The notes under the pieces were generated by a model. That model saw only the letters and a program-made list of their open reading frames with translations. It was not told the origin of the DNA and did not search any database. A stretch of DNA of 64,000 bases. Origin: a virus. Its lineage: Duplodnaviria; Caudoviricetes. The DNA lies in the IMG/VR virus record IMGVR_UViG_3300001199_000006, positions 12,561 through 76,560 of that record. One strand, written 5' to 3'. Shown here one piece after another: positions 44,659 through 55,300 of the stretch (its first letter is position 1; each line of letters opens with the position of its first letter). The translations under genes were made by a program, and so were the position numbers.

Positions 44659-47600
44659 CTAGTAGTTACCCTCTGCGACGTCGCGCGTGAACGGGCTGCC
44701 CTTGCGCGATCCTCGCACGATGGTTGGCCCCGGCTCCGGGCGCGCCGCACCGGTCCGGTCCTTCTGCATCAGCGCCAACATCTCGGCCAGGAGCCCGGCC
44801 ATGAGGTCGAGCTTGTCCGTGATCTCTTCGCGCGGCTCGCGGCCGATCTCAGCCTGGATCGCCTGCTCGATCGCCTGCGGAGGCACGGGCTCAGCGCGCG
44901 GGACCTGTGCAAACCCCTGCACCTGCGAGACGCGGAGCATGACCTGCTCCAGCGCGTCCATGAACGGGCCGACGTTCTGCGCCAACTTCTCCGCCGGGTC
45001 ATCGCCGAACAGACCGCCGAACAGCCCCTCGCCCGGTAGGTCGCGGATCGTCGCGATCATGCGGGCGTACGCGAGCACGAAGCCCGACAGCCCGTTGACC
45101 GTCGCGGTCAGCGACTTCACCTGGTCTGGCCCGGTCTGTAGTCCGGCGATCGAGCCGAGGAGGCTCTGGAGGAAGCTCCCGGTCCCGCCCGGTCCCGCCG
45201 CGCCGCCGGTGAAGAACGCCAGGATGGCGCTCCCAATCTGCACGGCCCCGAGCACAGCCATCGACCCAGCGATCGCCGTGATGCCCCCGGCCACGCTCAC
45301 CAGGCCCGCGCCCAGCGCGATCAGGTTCGAGGGTGGGACCTCGGAGAGGGATTGGAACATCGTGACGACGCCCTGGATCCCGGCGATCAAGACGTCGCCG
45401 GTCATCTCGATCAGGGCCTTGCCCACGTCCACGACGCCTCCGATGCCCGCCACGAGGATCGGGACCGCTTCCTTGATCGCCGGGGCGGCCAGGCGCAGGG
45501 CCCCGCCCAGCGCAAGCAGGAAGGCCACGAACGAGACGGTCAAGGCGATGCCGGGAGGGGAGAGAAGTGCCGTGCCGAGCGTCACGACCCCGCCCGCGAG
45601 CGTGGCCATGCCGGTAGAGAGGCCGGTGAACACGCTGCTGACCATACCACCCGCGCCGACGCCTCCCTGGAGCTTGCCCACGGCCCCGCCGATGCCCTTA
45701 GGGCCCATCAGGCCCGTGACGCGCATCAGACCGCCTGCGAGGCCCGCGACGAGCTTGCCGCCCGCCACGGCGCTCTGGACCGCGAGCTTGCCTAGGTAGC
45801 CGACCGACAACAGGGTGGCGACGTTGAACTCCTTGGTGAGGTCGAGCACCTCGCCCATCTTCACACCGAAGACGTCGAAGTTACTGACCTGGTTCGTCAC
45901 GCCCGTCGCCCACTGCTGGAACGCGGTCTTGTTGTTGGTCGCGCGCTCCGCCAGCACGTCCATCGCCTCACCGTTCGAGACGAGCAACGTGTTCGAACGC
46001 GTCAGGTTCGCATTGATCGCGTCTTGGCCGTCGGCGAACTTCTGGAGGTCGCCGGACGAGACGCCGACCTGCTCGGAGAACGCGCGTAGTTGGTCCGGCG
46101 ACATACCGCGCGAGTTCTCGGCGATCGAGTTGAAGATCCCGGCGAGGTCTCCGTCCGTGAGCTTCTGGCGCAGCTCGTCCTGAGCTAGACCCGTGAGCAG
46201 GAACGCTTTCTGCGTCGCCTCGATGTTCTCCGGACCGCCCTCGAACGCACGGGCGAGAACCTGTCGAACCTCTCCGGCTCCGTCGATGAACTGCGTCTGG
46301 AGTACGGCTCCGATCTGGTTGAACGAGTTGACCGTGCGCTGCGCGTCTTCGGCCGAGAGCTGACGCAGCGAAGCTCCCATCTGTTCCACGTCAGCCGTGG
46401 TCTGCGTGAGCAGCTCTTGCGCCGAGATGTTGAACCCGCTGTTCGCGTCCGACAACCGCCCGAGGTTGGCGATCATCGACGTGAACTGCTGATTCTGTAG
46501 TCCGATCGACTGCGTCATCTCGAACCCGAGCTTGTTCGTCTCGCTTGCCGCGACGCCCAAGCCCTCGGCCGCCAACGCCGACGTCTTGCCGAGTTCGACC
46601 AGCGTCATAGTGTCGCGCACACCCTGCTCGGCGAGGTCCGCCATCGACGCGGTGAGCTGATCGACAGACGCGGCATTACCCAGCTCCTCACCCGCCTCGA
46701 ACGCCGCGATCTTCACCGCGAGCAGTTGCTCACGCGAGCCGCCGAGGAACGTGTTCATGCGGTTCAGGTTGTCCACCGCGCTGTCGATCGGACGGCCCGC
46801 GATCTCGTCGAACACGCCTTTCGCGTCCGCCTTCATCTGCGGCCACAGGTTCGAGACGTCTGTGATCGCCTTGTGTAGTGCGAGGAACCGCGCGGGTCCG
46901 AGGATCCGGCGCAACAGCGTGTCCGACTCCTTGCCCGTGTCCTCCACCTCCTCACGGAACTCGGAAAGCCCTGCTTTCGCCTGTGCGATCGACGGAGCCA
47001 GGCGCACGCGCGTCGTGTACCCGAGGTTGCCCATGAGGCGGTCGAGCGATTCGACCTTGCCGTTGAGCGTCCCGATCATCTCGTCGTACTGCTTGATCTC
47101 CCGCTCGTTCACGAGCCCGGCTTTGGAGAGATCCTGAACCTTCTTGAGCGCGGTGACGAGGTTCGCGACGTCAGCGAGCGTCTCGGCGATAGGGCCGCTG
47201 CCAACGAACTTGCCCGAGGCGTCGCGTAGCTGCCCCGCGACATCCATGAGGCCCTGCGTCACGTCGGCCGGGACGACCAGCTCGCCGGGCTTGAGCAGCG
47301 CGAGCACGCTGTCCATCGCCTTGTTCGGCCCCTTGACGATGCCGCCCTCTTCGAGGCGCGGGATGTCGAAGCGCCCGACCAGATCGGGGAGCGCCTTCAT
47401 CCGACGCCCCTCGTTCAACTTGACGCGGGCATCGGTCAGCGCCTTGGTCACGGCGTCGCCGATCGCCTTCGAGAGCTGCTTGCGCGAGCTGACCGAGAAC
47501 TCCAGGTTCGCCTTCACGGTGAAGGGCTTGATGGCTTTGGCGATCGTCGCGCTGGACCGTTTCAGCCCGCTCAGCGTGCGCTCCGGTAGCTCGGCCACGG

Positions 47601-47781
47601 CCTTGACCAGGCTCTCGACCTTGCCCAACGCACTGCTCGCACCCTCGAACGCCTGCGTGTTCAGCTCGTCCAGGGCCTTGACGTACGCGCGGTATGTGCG
47701 CTGCGCCTTCTCCAGCGTGGGCCCGAAGGTCGAGTCGTCGATCTCCAGGTAGAAGCCGATCGCGTCGTCAGAAAAGGCCAC
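44659..47781 (-). CDS. Tape measure protein
   Basis: 1040 aa helical, Ala/Gly/Leu-rich with hydrophobic C-terminal stretch; position. Confidence 0.8.
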   Translation of the reverse strand: MAFSDDAIGFYLEIDDSTFGPTLEKAQRTYRAYVKALDELNTQAFEGASSALGKVESLVKAVAELPERTLSGLKRSSATIAKAIKPFTVKANLEFSVSSRKQLSKAIGDAVTKALTDARVKLNEGRRMKALPDLVGRFDIPRLEEGGIVKGPNKAMDSVLALLKPGELVVPADVTQGLMDVAGQLRDASGKFVGSGPIAETLADVANLVTALKKVQDLSKAGLVNEREIKQYDEMIGTLNGKVESLDRLMGNLGYTTRVRLAPSIAQAKAGLSEFREEVEDTGKESDTLLRRILGPARFLALHKAITDVSNLWPQMKADAKGVFDEIAGRPIDSAVDNLNRMNTFLGGSREQLLAVKIAAFEAGEELGNAASVDQLTASMADLAEQGVRDTMTLVELGKTSALAAEGLGVAASETNKLGFEMTQSIGLQNQQFTSMIANLGRLSDANSGFNISAQELLTQTTADVEQMGASLRQLSAEDAQRTVNSFNQIGAVLQTQFIDGAGEVRQVLARAFEGGPENIEATQKAFLLTGLAQDELRQKLTDGDLAGIFNSIAENSRGMSPDQLRAFSEQVGVSSGDLQKFADGQDAINANLTRSNTLLVSNGEAMDVLAERATNNKTAFQQWATGVTNQVSNFDVFGVKMGEVLDLTKEFNVATLLSVGYLGKLAVQSAVAGGKLVAGLAGGLMRVTGLMGPKGIGGAVGKLQGGVGAGGMVSSVFTGLSTGMATLAGGVVTLGTALLSPPGIALTVSFVAFLLALGGALRLAAPAIKEAVPILVAGIGGVVDVGKALIEMTGDVLIAGIQGVVTMFQSLSEVPPSNLIALGAGLVSVAGGITAIAGSMAVLGAVQIGSAILAFFTGGAAGPGGTGSFLQSLLGSIAGLQTGPDQVKSLTATVNGLSGFVLAYARMIATIRDLPGEGLFGGLFGDDPAEKLAQNVGPFMDALEQVMLRVSQVQGFAQVPRAEPVPPQAIEQAIQAEIGREPREEITDKLDLMAGLLAEMLALMQKDRTGAARPEPGPTIVRGSRKGSPFTRDVAEGNY

Positions 47782-47784
47782 GCG

Positions 47785-50700
47785 TCACCGTCCCACGGGC
47801 TCGGGTTTGCGCGAGAGAAACGCCGTCAGCGCGTTCCGACTCGGGATGACCAGCTCTTGCCCGTCGAACATGTCCAGCTCGGGGTCGATGATCCGGTTAG
47901 CGTACGCCACGACCCACCACATGTCCTCGAAGCCCGCGCCGTAGTAGCGGACGGCGATCTGCTCGGGGAATCCGACCTCGTGCGAGCGGACGCGATGGAG
48001 CTGGAACTCGGTGCCCAGGGCCTCGAAGTCGGTCAGCGTGGACATGAGCCCGAACTCGCGACCGTCCGGGTTGCGATCGGCCAAGCGCGGAGCGTCCTCG
48101 TCGTTGAAGAAGACGCGCGTGAGCTTGTACCTCGACCGGTTCGAGAGCTGTAGTCGCCCGAGCTGGGTCTGCGCGGCCTCTTCGAGCGCGAACTGCTGCT
48201 GCTCCAGCGAGATCACCAGGTCGATGACCGGCGGCACCTCGGGCGCGCCCGTGCCCGGGATGATGATGACCTCGGTGTCGGAGTTGTCGAAGTTGTCGCC
48301 TTCCATCCGCACGAACAGCGACGCCCAGACCTGATCCGGGTCGAAGAGCGAGCGGATGACGAAGCGGATGCGCTTGTTCTTGAAGTTGAACCCGTCCGGG
48401 ATCGTGAAGGTATCGACCTCGTCGCGGTTCAGCGAGAACGACCCCGTCTCTTGGTCGATGCGGATCAGCGTCTCGACGTTGCCGGTCTCGACCTCCACCT
48501 CCCACCACCACTCGACCGGGCCTGCGTCCGTAGGTCCGGCATTGACCGTGGCCGTGACGTTGTGCGCGACGTCCGCGATGACCGAGATGATGATCGGGTT
48601 CGGGTTCTGGAACGGCAAGAGGCCGCCGCCCGGGTCAGACAAGTCCTCCGGCTCCAGCACGTCGTACGGCTGGTCGGTGTACCGGAAGTCGAGGTCGATC
48701 TCGTGGATCGCCTGATCCGTGACGGTCGTGGGCAACTCCTCGTCGAAGAGGAAGGCGCGGTGCATACCCGTCGCGGACAACCGCGTCGAGGCATTGACCG
48801 GGATCGAGATCGCCACGTTCTGCGTCTGGCTGAACGGGTTGCTCGGCACCTGGTCGTGATTGAGCCGGGTGTAGCAGGCGTCGGTCACGGCGTCCCCGGT
48901 CAAGTCCAGGTTGACGCGCGTCCCGGCCGTGATGTTGAGCGGCGACGCATTGATCGCGGCGATCAGGTTGTCGATCGTGGCGAAGACGTTCGCACCGATC
49001 GTGACCGCGATATTCGACCCCGACACGCCACCACCGCTGTCGAACTCGAAGGTTCTGGGCGTGCTGCCGTCACTGATCGTGAAGCGGTCACCGTCGTTGG
49101 GCTGCCCCGACAACCCCAACGTGCCGGTCGCACCGCGAGCGATGAACAGGACGTCGTCCGGCGTCTCGTCCACGGCGTAGTTCGTGACGTACGAACCAAA
49201 CTGTTCGCCGGGGATCGGGTACGCCTGCGCGGCGCTCCGCCAACTCTCGGCTTCGATCTCGAAGCTCCGGAGATCCACGCCCGACAGTTCGTTGAGGATC
49301 TGCGCCACCTGCTCGTCCGTGGCACAGGCCGCGATGACGCGCGCGTCTTTGTAGTCGGCGTCGTCGCAGAGCTGGAGGCCAGTGCCCGAAGCCGGGGAGC
49401 CCGTGGCCGTAATGGCCGAGGGCTCGACTTTGCGGTTGCCGATGATGAGTGAGACCGTCTGAGTGACGGCGTTCCAGCGCACACACAGGACCGCAGGGAA
49501 CCCCGCGCGGAGCTGCTGATTGGTCCCGTAGTTGTACCGATCCGGTGTACCGGTCGCGCCCACGAACAGGAACAGGTCCCGCGAGACGTGGTCATAGAAG
49601 AGCCGTAACCCGAGCAGGTCGAAGAACACGACGTCCGTGACCGAGGCCGCGTTCTTGCGTCCGCGTACGAACAACGTGATGTCCGAGCGGAAATTGCGGA
49701 AGCCGGTCGTGATCTGCGGGTGCGTGGTGAGGGTCGGAGGCCCGTACAGACGATAGGTGCCGTTCTCGCTCGCGTCCGTGCTCGACGTGTTGAGCGCGTA
49801 GTTCGACGTGAGGTTGGTGTCGTTGCCGTACGCGCCGTTGTTGACGAAGTCGAGCCCCCACCGGTCGGAGAACGCCATCACCGCACCGGGCGCGGCCTCG
49901 ACCGGATAGACGATCGGGCGCGGCGTCGCCACGGCGATCAACGCGCGCCCACCCTCACGGTCGATCCAGTCGTGGAACAGGGTGTTGAGCCCGTTCGACC
50001 CGATCACGTACGGATCCCACGCGGCCTGTAGGTTGGCGGCCTGCGGCGGGGTCGGGATCACGCCCTGCGCCGTCAAGCCCTGCGCTTCGCTCAGCGAGAG
50101 CGTCACGTTCCACACCCACACCCCGCACACCGCGCCGCGCAGGTGGTTCGAGGCCGTGAGGGCCGAGTTCACACGCGCTCCGATCGCGAACTTGGCCGTC
50201 GTCGTGACCATCGAACCGGGCGTGCCGGTCGTGGTCTGCGTGCCCTCATCGGTGGCACCGTTCACCACAATGCGGATGTTGGTGCCGTCGTAGGTGAATA
50301 CCACGACCGAGCGCGTCCGGATCGCGGTCGCGTTGACGCGCGAGACCTTGTTCGTACCGGCTAGGTTCGAGCTGATCGAGACTGTGATGAGACCCGTGGT
50401 CTTGTCCCACGTCACCTCCCACCCGTTCTGCGTACCTGTCGGGTCCGTCTTCCCAAGCACCGTACCGGTCTGCGAGAAGTTGGTGATCTCAGGGTCAAAG
50501 ATCAGCGCGCAGGAGAAGTTCGACCCGCCGTTGAGGTCGGTGTCCGAGGCATTGGCATGCCAGACGTAGGTCGTGCCGTCGAAGAACAGGTACGGCGGGC
50601 TGCGCAACACGCCGATCACGCGAGGGCCCGCAGCGGGCAAGAGCGTGGACGCGGCACCGATGACGTTGTCCGTGCCGTTGACCTGGACAAGCTCGCCGAA

Positions 50701-51180
50701 GTCGTGGATGACCCGGCCCGAGACCGGGGCCGTGGCCGAGATCAGACGCGCAGCGAACGCCGAGCCCCCCACGATCGGCTGGAACTTGAGGCTCCCGGCG
50801 AACTCCGCCCGCGCATGCACGGGTAGCGGGGAGATGTCGTAGCTGTCCGTGGTCGAGGTGTTGACGTCGAGCTGCCCACCGAGATCGGCCCGGCCCTGGA
50901 CCAGGTGTGGGCTCGCAGCCGCGAGTAGCGCGAGCGCGGCCCGCACGATCCCCGCCGCCGGGAACTGTGCCGTCGCGTCCAGCTCATGCTCCGTGCCGCC
51001 CGGCGGATTGCTCGCGCCGATCGTCCGAATAGGTGCGCCGACGAGGACCGTCGAAGCGCTAAGCAGCGCAGCGGCGTTCGCCTTGAGCGACGCCGTGAGC
51101 ACGCCCTCGACCTCGGGGTGAATCCCCAGAGGGTTCTTGCCGTCGGGGAACGGCAAGCCAGAGAGCGTGAAGCTGGCCAT
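47785..51180 (-). CDS. Large virion protein with LamG/ConA-like domain(s) and C-terminal gp53/LysM-like domain
   Basis: VVFTYDGTNIRIVVNG...FAIGAR...LRGAVCGVWVWNVTLS; C-terminal PEQIAVRYYG...MWWVVAYANRIIDP...GQELVIPS. Confidence 0.7.
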   Translation of the reverse strand: MASFTLSGLPFPDGKNPLGIHPEVEGVLTASLKANAAALLSASTVLVGAPIRTIGASNPPGGTEHELDATAQFPAAGIVRAALALLAAASPHLVQGRADLGGQLDVNTSTTDSYDISPLPVHARAEFAGSLKFQPIVGGSAFAARLISATAPVSGRVIHDFGELVQVNGTDNVIGAASTLLPAAGPRVIGVLRSPPYLFFDGTTYVWHANASDTDLNGGSNFSCALIFDPEITNFSQTGTVLGKTDPTGTQNGWEVTWDKTTGLITVSISSNLAGTNKVSRVNATAIRTRSVVVFTYDGTNIRIVVNGATDEGTQTTTGTPGSMVTTTAKFAIGARVNSALTASNHLRGAVCGVWVWNVTLSLSEAQGLTAQGVIPTPPQAANLQAAWDPYVIGSNGLNTLFHDWIDREGGRALIAVATPRPIVYPVEAAPGAVMAFSDRWGLDFVNNGAYGNDTNLTSNYALNTSSTDASENGTYRLYGPPTLTTHPQITTGFRNFRSDITLFVRGRKNAASVTDVVFFDLLGLRLFYDHVSRDLFLFVGATGTPDRYNYGTNQQLRAGFPAVLCVRWNAVTQTVSLIIGNRKVEPSAITATGSPASGTGLQLCDDADYKDARVIAACATDEQVAQILNELSGVDLRSFEIEAESWRSAAQAYPIPGEQFGSYVTNYAVDETPDDVLFIARGATGTLGLSGQPNDGDRFTISDGSTPRTFEFDSGGGVSGSNIAVTIGANVFATIDNLIAAINASPLNITAGTRVNLDLTGDAVTDACYTRLNHDQVPSNPFSQTQNVAISIPVNASTRLSATGMHRAFLFDEELPTTVTDQAIHEIDLDFRYTDQPYDVLEPEDLSDPGGGLLPFQNPNPIIISVIADVAHNVTATVNAGPTDAGPVEWWWEVEVETGNVETLIRIDQETGSFSLNRDEVDTFTIPDGFNFKNKRIRFVIRSLFDPDQVWASLFVRMEGDNFDNSDTEVIIIPGTGAPEVPPVIDLVISLEQQQFALEEAAQTQLGRLQLSNRSRYKLTRVFFNDEDAPRLADRNPDGREFGLMSTLTDFEALGTEFQLHRVRSHEVGFPEQIAVRYYGAGFEDMWWVVAYANRIIDPELDMFDGQELVIPSRNALTAFLSRKPEPVGR

Positions 51181-51186
51181 GCGCGA

Positions 51187-53043
51187 TCACAGGTAGCGGA
51201 ACTTGAGGATGTGCAGATTCGAGACCCGACCGTTCGAGCCGCGCGTGGGCGCGCCCGGGTCGTCGCGTTGCGCCGAGAAGCGCAACAAGATGCGCGGCGT
51301 CCCCGAAGTCGAGTCCTTCACCACACCGGCCGTGTAAGTGACCGGCGTGTAGCTGAGCCCACCCGACGGGTTCGTGTGCGCCGGGTTGGTCCCGGCACAG
51401 GTGATCGTCAGCACCGTGACGAACACGCTGTTGAAGCTGTATTGCACCAGGATGGGGTTGAACCCCTCAGCGGTGGCGGTACCGGTCTGCGGGTCGTCTT
51501 CGTTGAAGATCGTGACCTGCACGCGATAGAGCGTGTCAGCGGGGTCACTGACCGACACCTGAATCGCCCAATCAACCGTGTGGGTCGCGGCCGTCGAACT
51601 GGCCGGGATCGTGACGACCTGTGCGTCCAGCCCGGCACCAGGCGCGGTGAAGAAGTTCCCCGACGACGGCGTCAGCGTGATGGTGACGGGCGTCGGGAAG
51701 CTGCTGGCGTATCCGGAACCCGCCAGGTTGTAGTAGTCGTCACCGGTCTGGAGCAGGGTGCCGAAGTCGAGCTGATCGACGATCTGGCCCGGGCTATTCG
51801 GTTCGATCTTGAGCCCGACGAGCTGGCCGGTGTTGTACGTCGGCGTCAGGTACCAGTCCGTGAGGGTGTTCGGGTCCACGCGCACACCGAGCGGCGCGCT
51901 GACGTCGCAGAAGCGGAAGCCCTCACCAGTGAAAACGTCCTCCCACTGCGGACGCACCTCGGAGGCGTTCAGCGTCGGCTGCGTCGGGCCGAAGAGCTGC
52001 GTGGCGTCGCTCTCCAATCCATCCGGGACCAAGATCGGGCGGCCCAGGATGTGACCGCCACCGCCCGTGCTGATGACGCGCGGGGACGGCACGGTGTCGG
52101 GGCGGTACGCCGGGAAGATCGGGTATTCGAGGTTCTCCAGGTTCAGCAGGTACGCATCGACGATCGCCGGGCTGTTCGTAGTACCGGCCGAGCCTGCATC
52201 CGTGTTCGCGACGCGCAGGTCGTGCTGCATGCGGTGGATCTTCGTCCGCAGCACGTTGAAGAACTCGCTCGACGATAACGTGTCCCAGATTTCGCTGCCC
52301 GAGCCCGACTCGAACATCGGGAACGGCACGATCGGATTGATCCGGTTCAGGTTGCCGTCTTCGAGCACGGGGCGCGCACGCCCCGGGATGCGCGCACCGA
52401 GCGCGAGCCAGCCACACGCCATCAAGTCGCCGAACTGCGATCGCGCATTGCCTGAGCCCACGTACACGAACAGTCCGGCCGGGCCCAGGTAAACGAACCA
52501 GTGACCAACGGCGAGCGGGTTGACGTCCGTAACGGACGCGTGCCCCGTGTACGGCAGCCAGTCACCCTTCGCAACGTACTGTCCGTTCGCGTGCGGGTAG
52601 ATCAAGGTGACCGCCGTGGTTCCGATGCCGTAGTGGTTTGCCTGACCACGCGCGCGCGCCTTCGTGATGATGTTCGGGAACGACACGCCGCCGTCCAGGC
52701 GCACCACGTCGTCGATCACCACATGGTTGTTCAGGTCCGTCGTCAGGGTCGCGGACGCGGTCGCGCCCACGTACAGCACGACATTGATGCACGGCCGATA
52801 CAGCGTCGCGCTGACGCGGAACGTGCCGGAGTCCGGGTAGTCGAACGGAAACACGTAGGTCCCGTCGGCCGCCGCGAACTGAGGGTTACCGAGAATGTCG
52901 AAGGGCCAAATCGACGTCAGCGGAACCATCCCGACCGTCGTCAAGGCGCGACACAGGTGCGAGGCGAACCCCACCTTCGTGAACGACGTCAGAAGGTTGT
53001 TCTCGTAGATTTTGGGCTGCTGGCTCTGGAGGAAGGCAGTCAT
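51187..53043 (-). CDS. Putative virion structural protein
   Basis: 618 aa, beta-rich, in the late operon. Confidence 0.7.
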   Translation of the reverse strand: MTAFLQSQQPKIYENNLLTSFTKVGFASHLCRALTTVGMVPLTSIWPFDILGNPQFAAADGTYVFPFDYPDSGTFRVSATLYRPCINVVLYVGATASATLTTDLNNHVVIDDVVRLDGGVSFPNIITKARARGQANHYGIGTTAVTLIYPHANGQYVAKGDWLPYTGHASVTDVNPLAVGHWFVYLGPAGLFVYVGSGNARSQFGDLMACGWLALGARIPGRARPVLEDGNLNRINPIVPFPMFESGSGSEIWDTLSSSEFFNVLRTKIHRMQHDLRVANTDAGSAGTTNSPAIVDAYLLNLENLEYPIFPAYRPDTVPSPRVISTGGGGHILGRPILVPDGLESDATQLFGPTQPTLNASEVRPQWEDVFTGEGFRFCDVSAPLGVRVDPNTLTDWYLTPTYNTGQLVGLKIEPNSPGQIVDQLDFGTLLQTGDDYYNLAGSGYASSFPTPVTITLTPSSGNFFTAPGAGLDAQVVTIPASSTAATHTVDWAIQVSVSDPADTLYRVQVTIFNEDDPQTGTATAEGFNPILVQYSFNSVFVTVLTITCAGTNPAHTNPSGGLSYTPVTYTAGVVKDSTSGTPRILLRFSAQRDDPGAPTRGSNGRVSNLHILKFRYL

Positions 53044-54254
53044 CAGAGCACGAGGGGCGGGGTAAGCGGGACTTCGACGCCGAGCTGGGAGAAGCGTCCA
53101 TTGTCGTCGATGCGCAGCACGCGGTACGTCGCGCCGGACACCACGTCCACGATGTTCACGTACGGGAGCAGCGTGTAGTCCACGGCGCCAAAGCGGAAGA
53201 CGCGACGGAGGTGGCGTGCGTCAAGCAAGTTCAGCGCGCTGGAGGACGGCGCGACGTTGTTACTCGCCGACGAGCTACTCACACCGACCTGAACGTGAGC
53301 GAGGTGCTGACGCATCACGAGTGGTGAGATACGGAATCGGCCGTCCAGCGGTGTGTTGATAAGCCCGAAACTAGCGGCGTGCAGCATCGACTGCGTCGCG
53401 CTCGACGCCACATCCACGGCCGTCGTCGCAGCGCTCCCGCCCACACCCATCGACAAGAAGTTGTCCTGTGCGCCGACGTAGTACGCGCGCTGGTTCTCGA
53501 TCGTACCGGCCGTCGAGAAGATGCTCGCGGTGCCGCGAGGGGTCTGCGGCTGCAACGACGCGGTGAAGTTCTTGTTCGTGCCGTCGTTGGTCACGAAGCG
53601 ATCGTTTCGATCGACCGTGAACTTGCAGTTGCGCGTGAAGTCGAGAACGAGACCCTGCGCCGTCCACTGCACCGCGATGTCTCGGGTGCCGTGGAACTCC
53701 GGGATCGCACCGAAGGTCATAATCGCGCCGTGCCCGAGGTTCGTGGGCAGCCCGTTTGCCCCGGACTCCAGATACAACCCGTCCTCGCCCCCGTACACGA
53801 GGTAGGAGTTGATCGTGGTGTTGTCGATGGAAAGTCGGATCGAACCGAACCGGAAGTTCGAGCCCGAGCCGCTGATGACATCCTGTGTGCTGATCTGCAC
53901 GCCACTCGCGGCGGTGTTCTGGAGGAACGTCTGGATGACGATCTGCGGGCCGGTCTCGACACCCGCGCCCGTGGAGTTCGCCTGGTAGCTGATGACGATG
54001 CCGCCGTGCTGGGTCACGGCGTCACCCGTGTACCGCCACCGGTCCTGCGTGTTGCGGTCCGTGCGGATGAAGTACCGCGACTCGTTGGCGTTGCCCGGCG
54101 TCAAGGACTGGACCAGCAGCCCGGTGTCCCAACTCGGGCGCTCCCATCCCGTCTGGAGCAGGAAGCTCTCCAGCTTGTCGAGGATGAAGTCGAAGGTGTG
54201 GCCCTGTCCAACAGGGTCGTACTGGAACGTGGCTCGTGACCATTCACCCGGCAT
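53043..54254 (-). CDS. Putative virion structural protein
   Basis: 403 aa, TGATG-coupled to the downstream gene. Confidence 0.7.
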   Translation of the reverse strand: MPGEWSRATFQYDPVGQGHTFDFILDKLESFLLQTGWERPSWDTGLLVQSLTPGNANESRYFIRTDRNTQDRWRYTGDAVTQHGGIVISYQANSTGAGVETGPQIVIQTFLQNTAASGVQISTQDVISGSGSNFRFGSIRLSIDNTTINSYLVYGGEDGLYLESGANGLPTNLGHGAIMTFGAIPEFHGTRDIAVQWTAQGLVLDFTRNCKFTVDRNDRFVTNDGTNKNFTASLQPQTPRGTASIFSTAGTIENQRAYYVGAQDNFLSMGVGGSAATTAVDVASSATQSMLHAASFGLINTPLDGRFRISPLVMRQHLAHVQVGVSSSSASNNVAPSSSALNLLDARHLRRVFRFGAVDYTLLPYVNIVDVVSGATYRVLRIDDNGRFSQLGVEVPLTPPLVL

Positions 54255-54277
54255 CGGCTACCTCGTGGGTTGGGGGC

Positions 54278-54312
54278 ATTGTAGGGGTGGGCCGGGTCCG
54301 GGATCTACAGGG
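54278..54312 (-). promoter_or_regulatory. Late-type promoter motif
   Basis: CCCTGTAGAT-N19-TACAAT upstream of the gene at 54254. Confidence 0.7.
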
Positions 54313-54314
54313 CA

Positions 54315-54512
54315 CTAACGGCGGCGGGCGGAGCGCTTGGCCTTCTTCATGGCGGCGTCGTACGCCTCCTTCTCGTCGGTCTTCTGCTTGAGCAGGCGGC
54401 GGGAGCGCGCGAACAGCTCATCCAGCGTCATCTGATCCACGTCGCTTTGGGTGTAGCCGTTGCCGTGATACACCAGGAAGAACTGGTTCGTCTCGATCGT
54501 CTCGCGGTCCAC
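54315..54512 (-). CDS. Baseplate hub assembly chaperone (T4 gp51-like)
   Basis: NQFFLVYHGNGYTQSDVDQMTLDEL...LLKQK..EKE; GTG start with GGAG 8 nt upstream. Confidence 0.65.
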   Translation of the reverse strand: MDRETIETNQFFLVYHGNGYTQSDVDQMTLDELFARSRRLLKQKTDEKEAYDAAMKKAKRSARRR

Positions 54513-55260
54513 GACCAGTGCTCCGTGGGCGAAAGAACTCCGCCGTGAACGGCATGCCGATCTGGTTCGTTTCACCGCAAGTGTTGCAGTCGAGGTAGAG
54601 GCGCGTGTCGATCCCGGTCTCGGCCTCGGACACCGCGTCTTCGAGCAGCACGAGATCCCCGGCCGTCAACCCCTCGATGAAGCGATTGCGCTCCAGCGGG
54701 TTCTTGAACTCCTCGCCGTCCTTGGAGACGAGCTGGATCGCCAGGCGTTGCAGGTAGCTGGGGTCGGTGTTGTCGTTGCTGGCCATCGCGATGCGCTTCG
54801 CGTTCCGCGCCACGACTTCTTCGTCGGTGCCGCGCAGGAAGCGCATGTGGACGACGCACTTGGCGTCCGGCAGTTCGACCTCGACGGGCTCGCGCGTCTC
54901 CGCTGAGCCTGCCTTCTCGTCCAGCTCCTTCACGATGTCGATCGTGGCGTTCTGCCACAGACCGCAACGGCACCGCCATCGGAACGTGTAGGTAGAGCCG
55001 AAGGTCTTGGTGCGAAGCGCGAGCAAGACGGAGAAGCGGTCCGTGAGCAGCAGCTCCTTGTGCTTGATGCCGTCGGGCAGGCGGCAACAAGTGTCGATGA
55101 GCGCGTCGATCTTGCCGAGGTTGCCCCCGCCTTGCGTGACCAACAGCGCTTGCTGCTTCGCGGTCATCGGTCGGATCTGCACCTTGCCGCCAGGCAAGCG
55201 ATCCTCGTAAAGCACCCCGCGCGAGGGGAGCACGTAGTCGGTCCAACCGAGTTCGGCCAT
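54418..55260 (-). CDS. Baseplate hub assembly protein (T4 gp26-like)
   Basis: LPSRG..Y....V.IRPMTAK....L...LL..DR...LLALR...G..Y...C.C...C..CG...P....FFRP. Confidence 0.75.
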   Translation of the reverse strand: MAELGWTDYVLPSRGVLYEDRLPGGKVQIRPMTAKQQALLVTQGGGNLGKIDALIDTCCRLPDGIKHKELLLTDRFSVLLALRTKTFGSTYTFRWRCRCGLWQNATIDIVKELDEKAGSAETREPVEVELPDAKCVVHMRFLRGTDEEVVARNAKRIAMASNDNTDPSYLQRLAIQLVSKDGEEFKNPLERNRFIEGLTAGDLVLLEDAVSEAETGIDTRLYLDCNTCGETNQIGMPFTAEFFRPRSTGRGPRDDRDEPVLPGVSRQRLHPKRRGSDDAG

Positions 55261-55300
55261 GAGAAGGTCTCCAGCGTTGCCAGAGGGAGGAGGATGGAAC

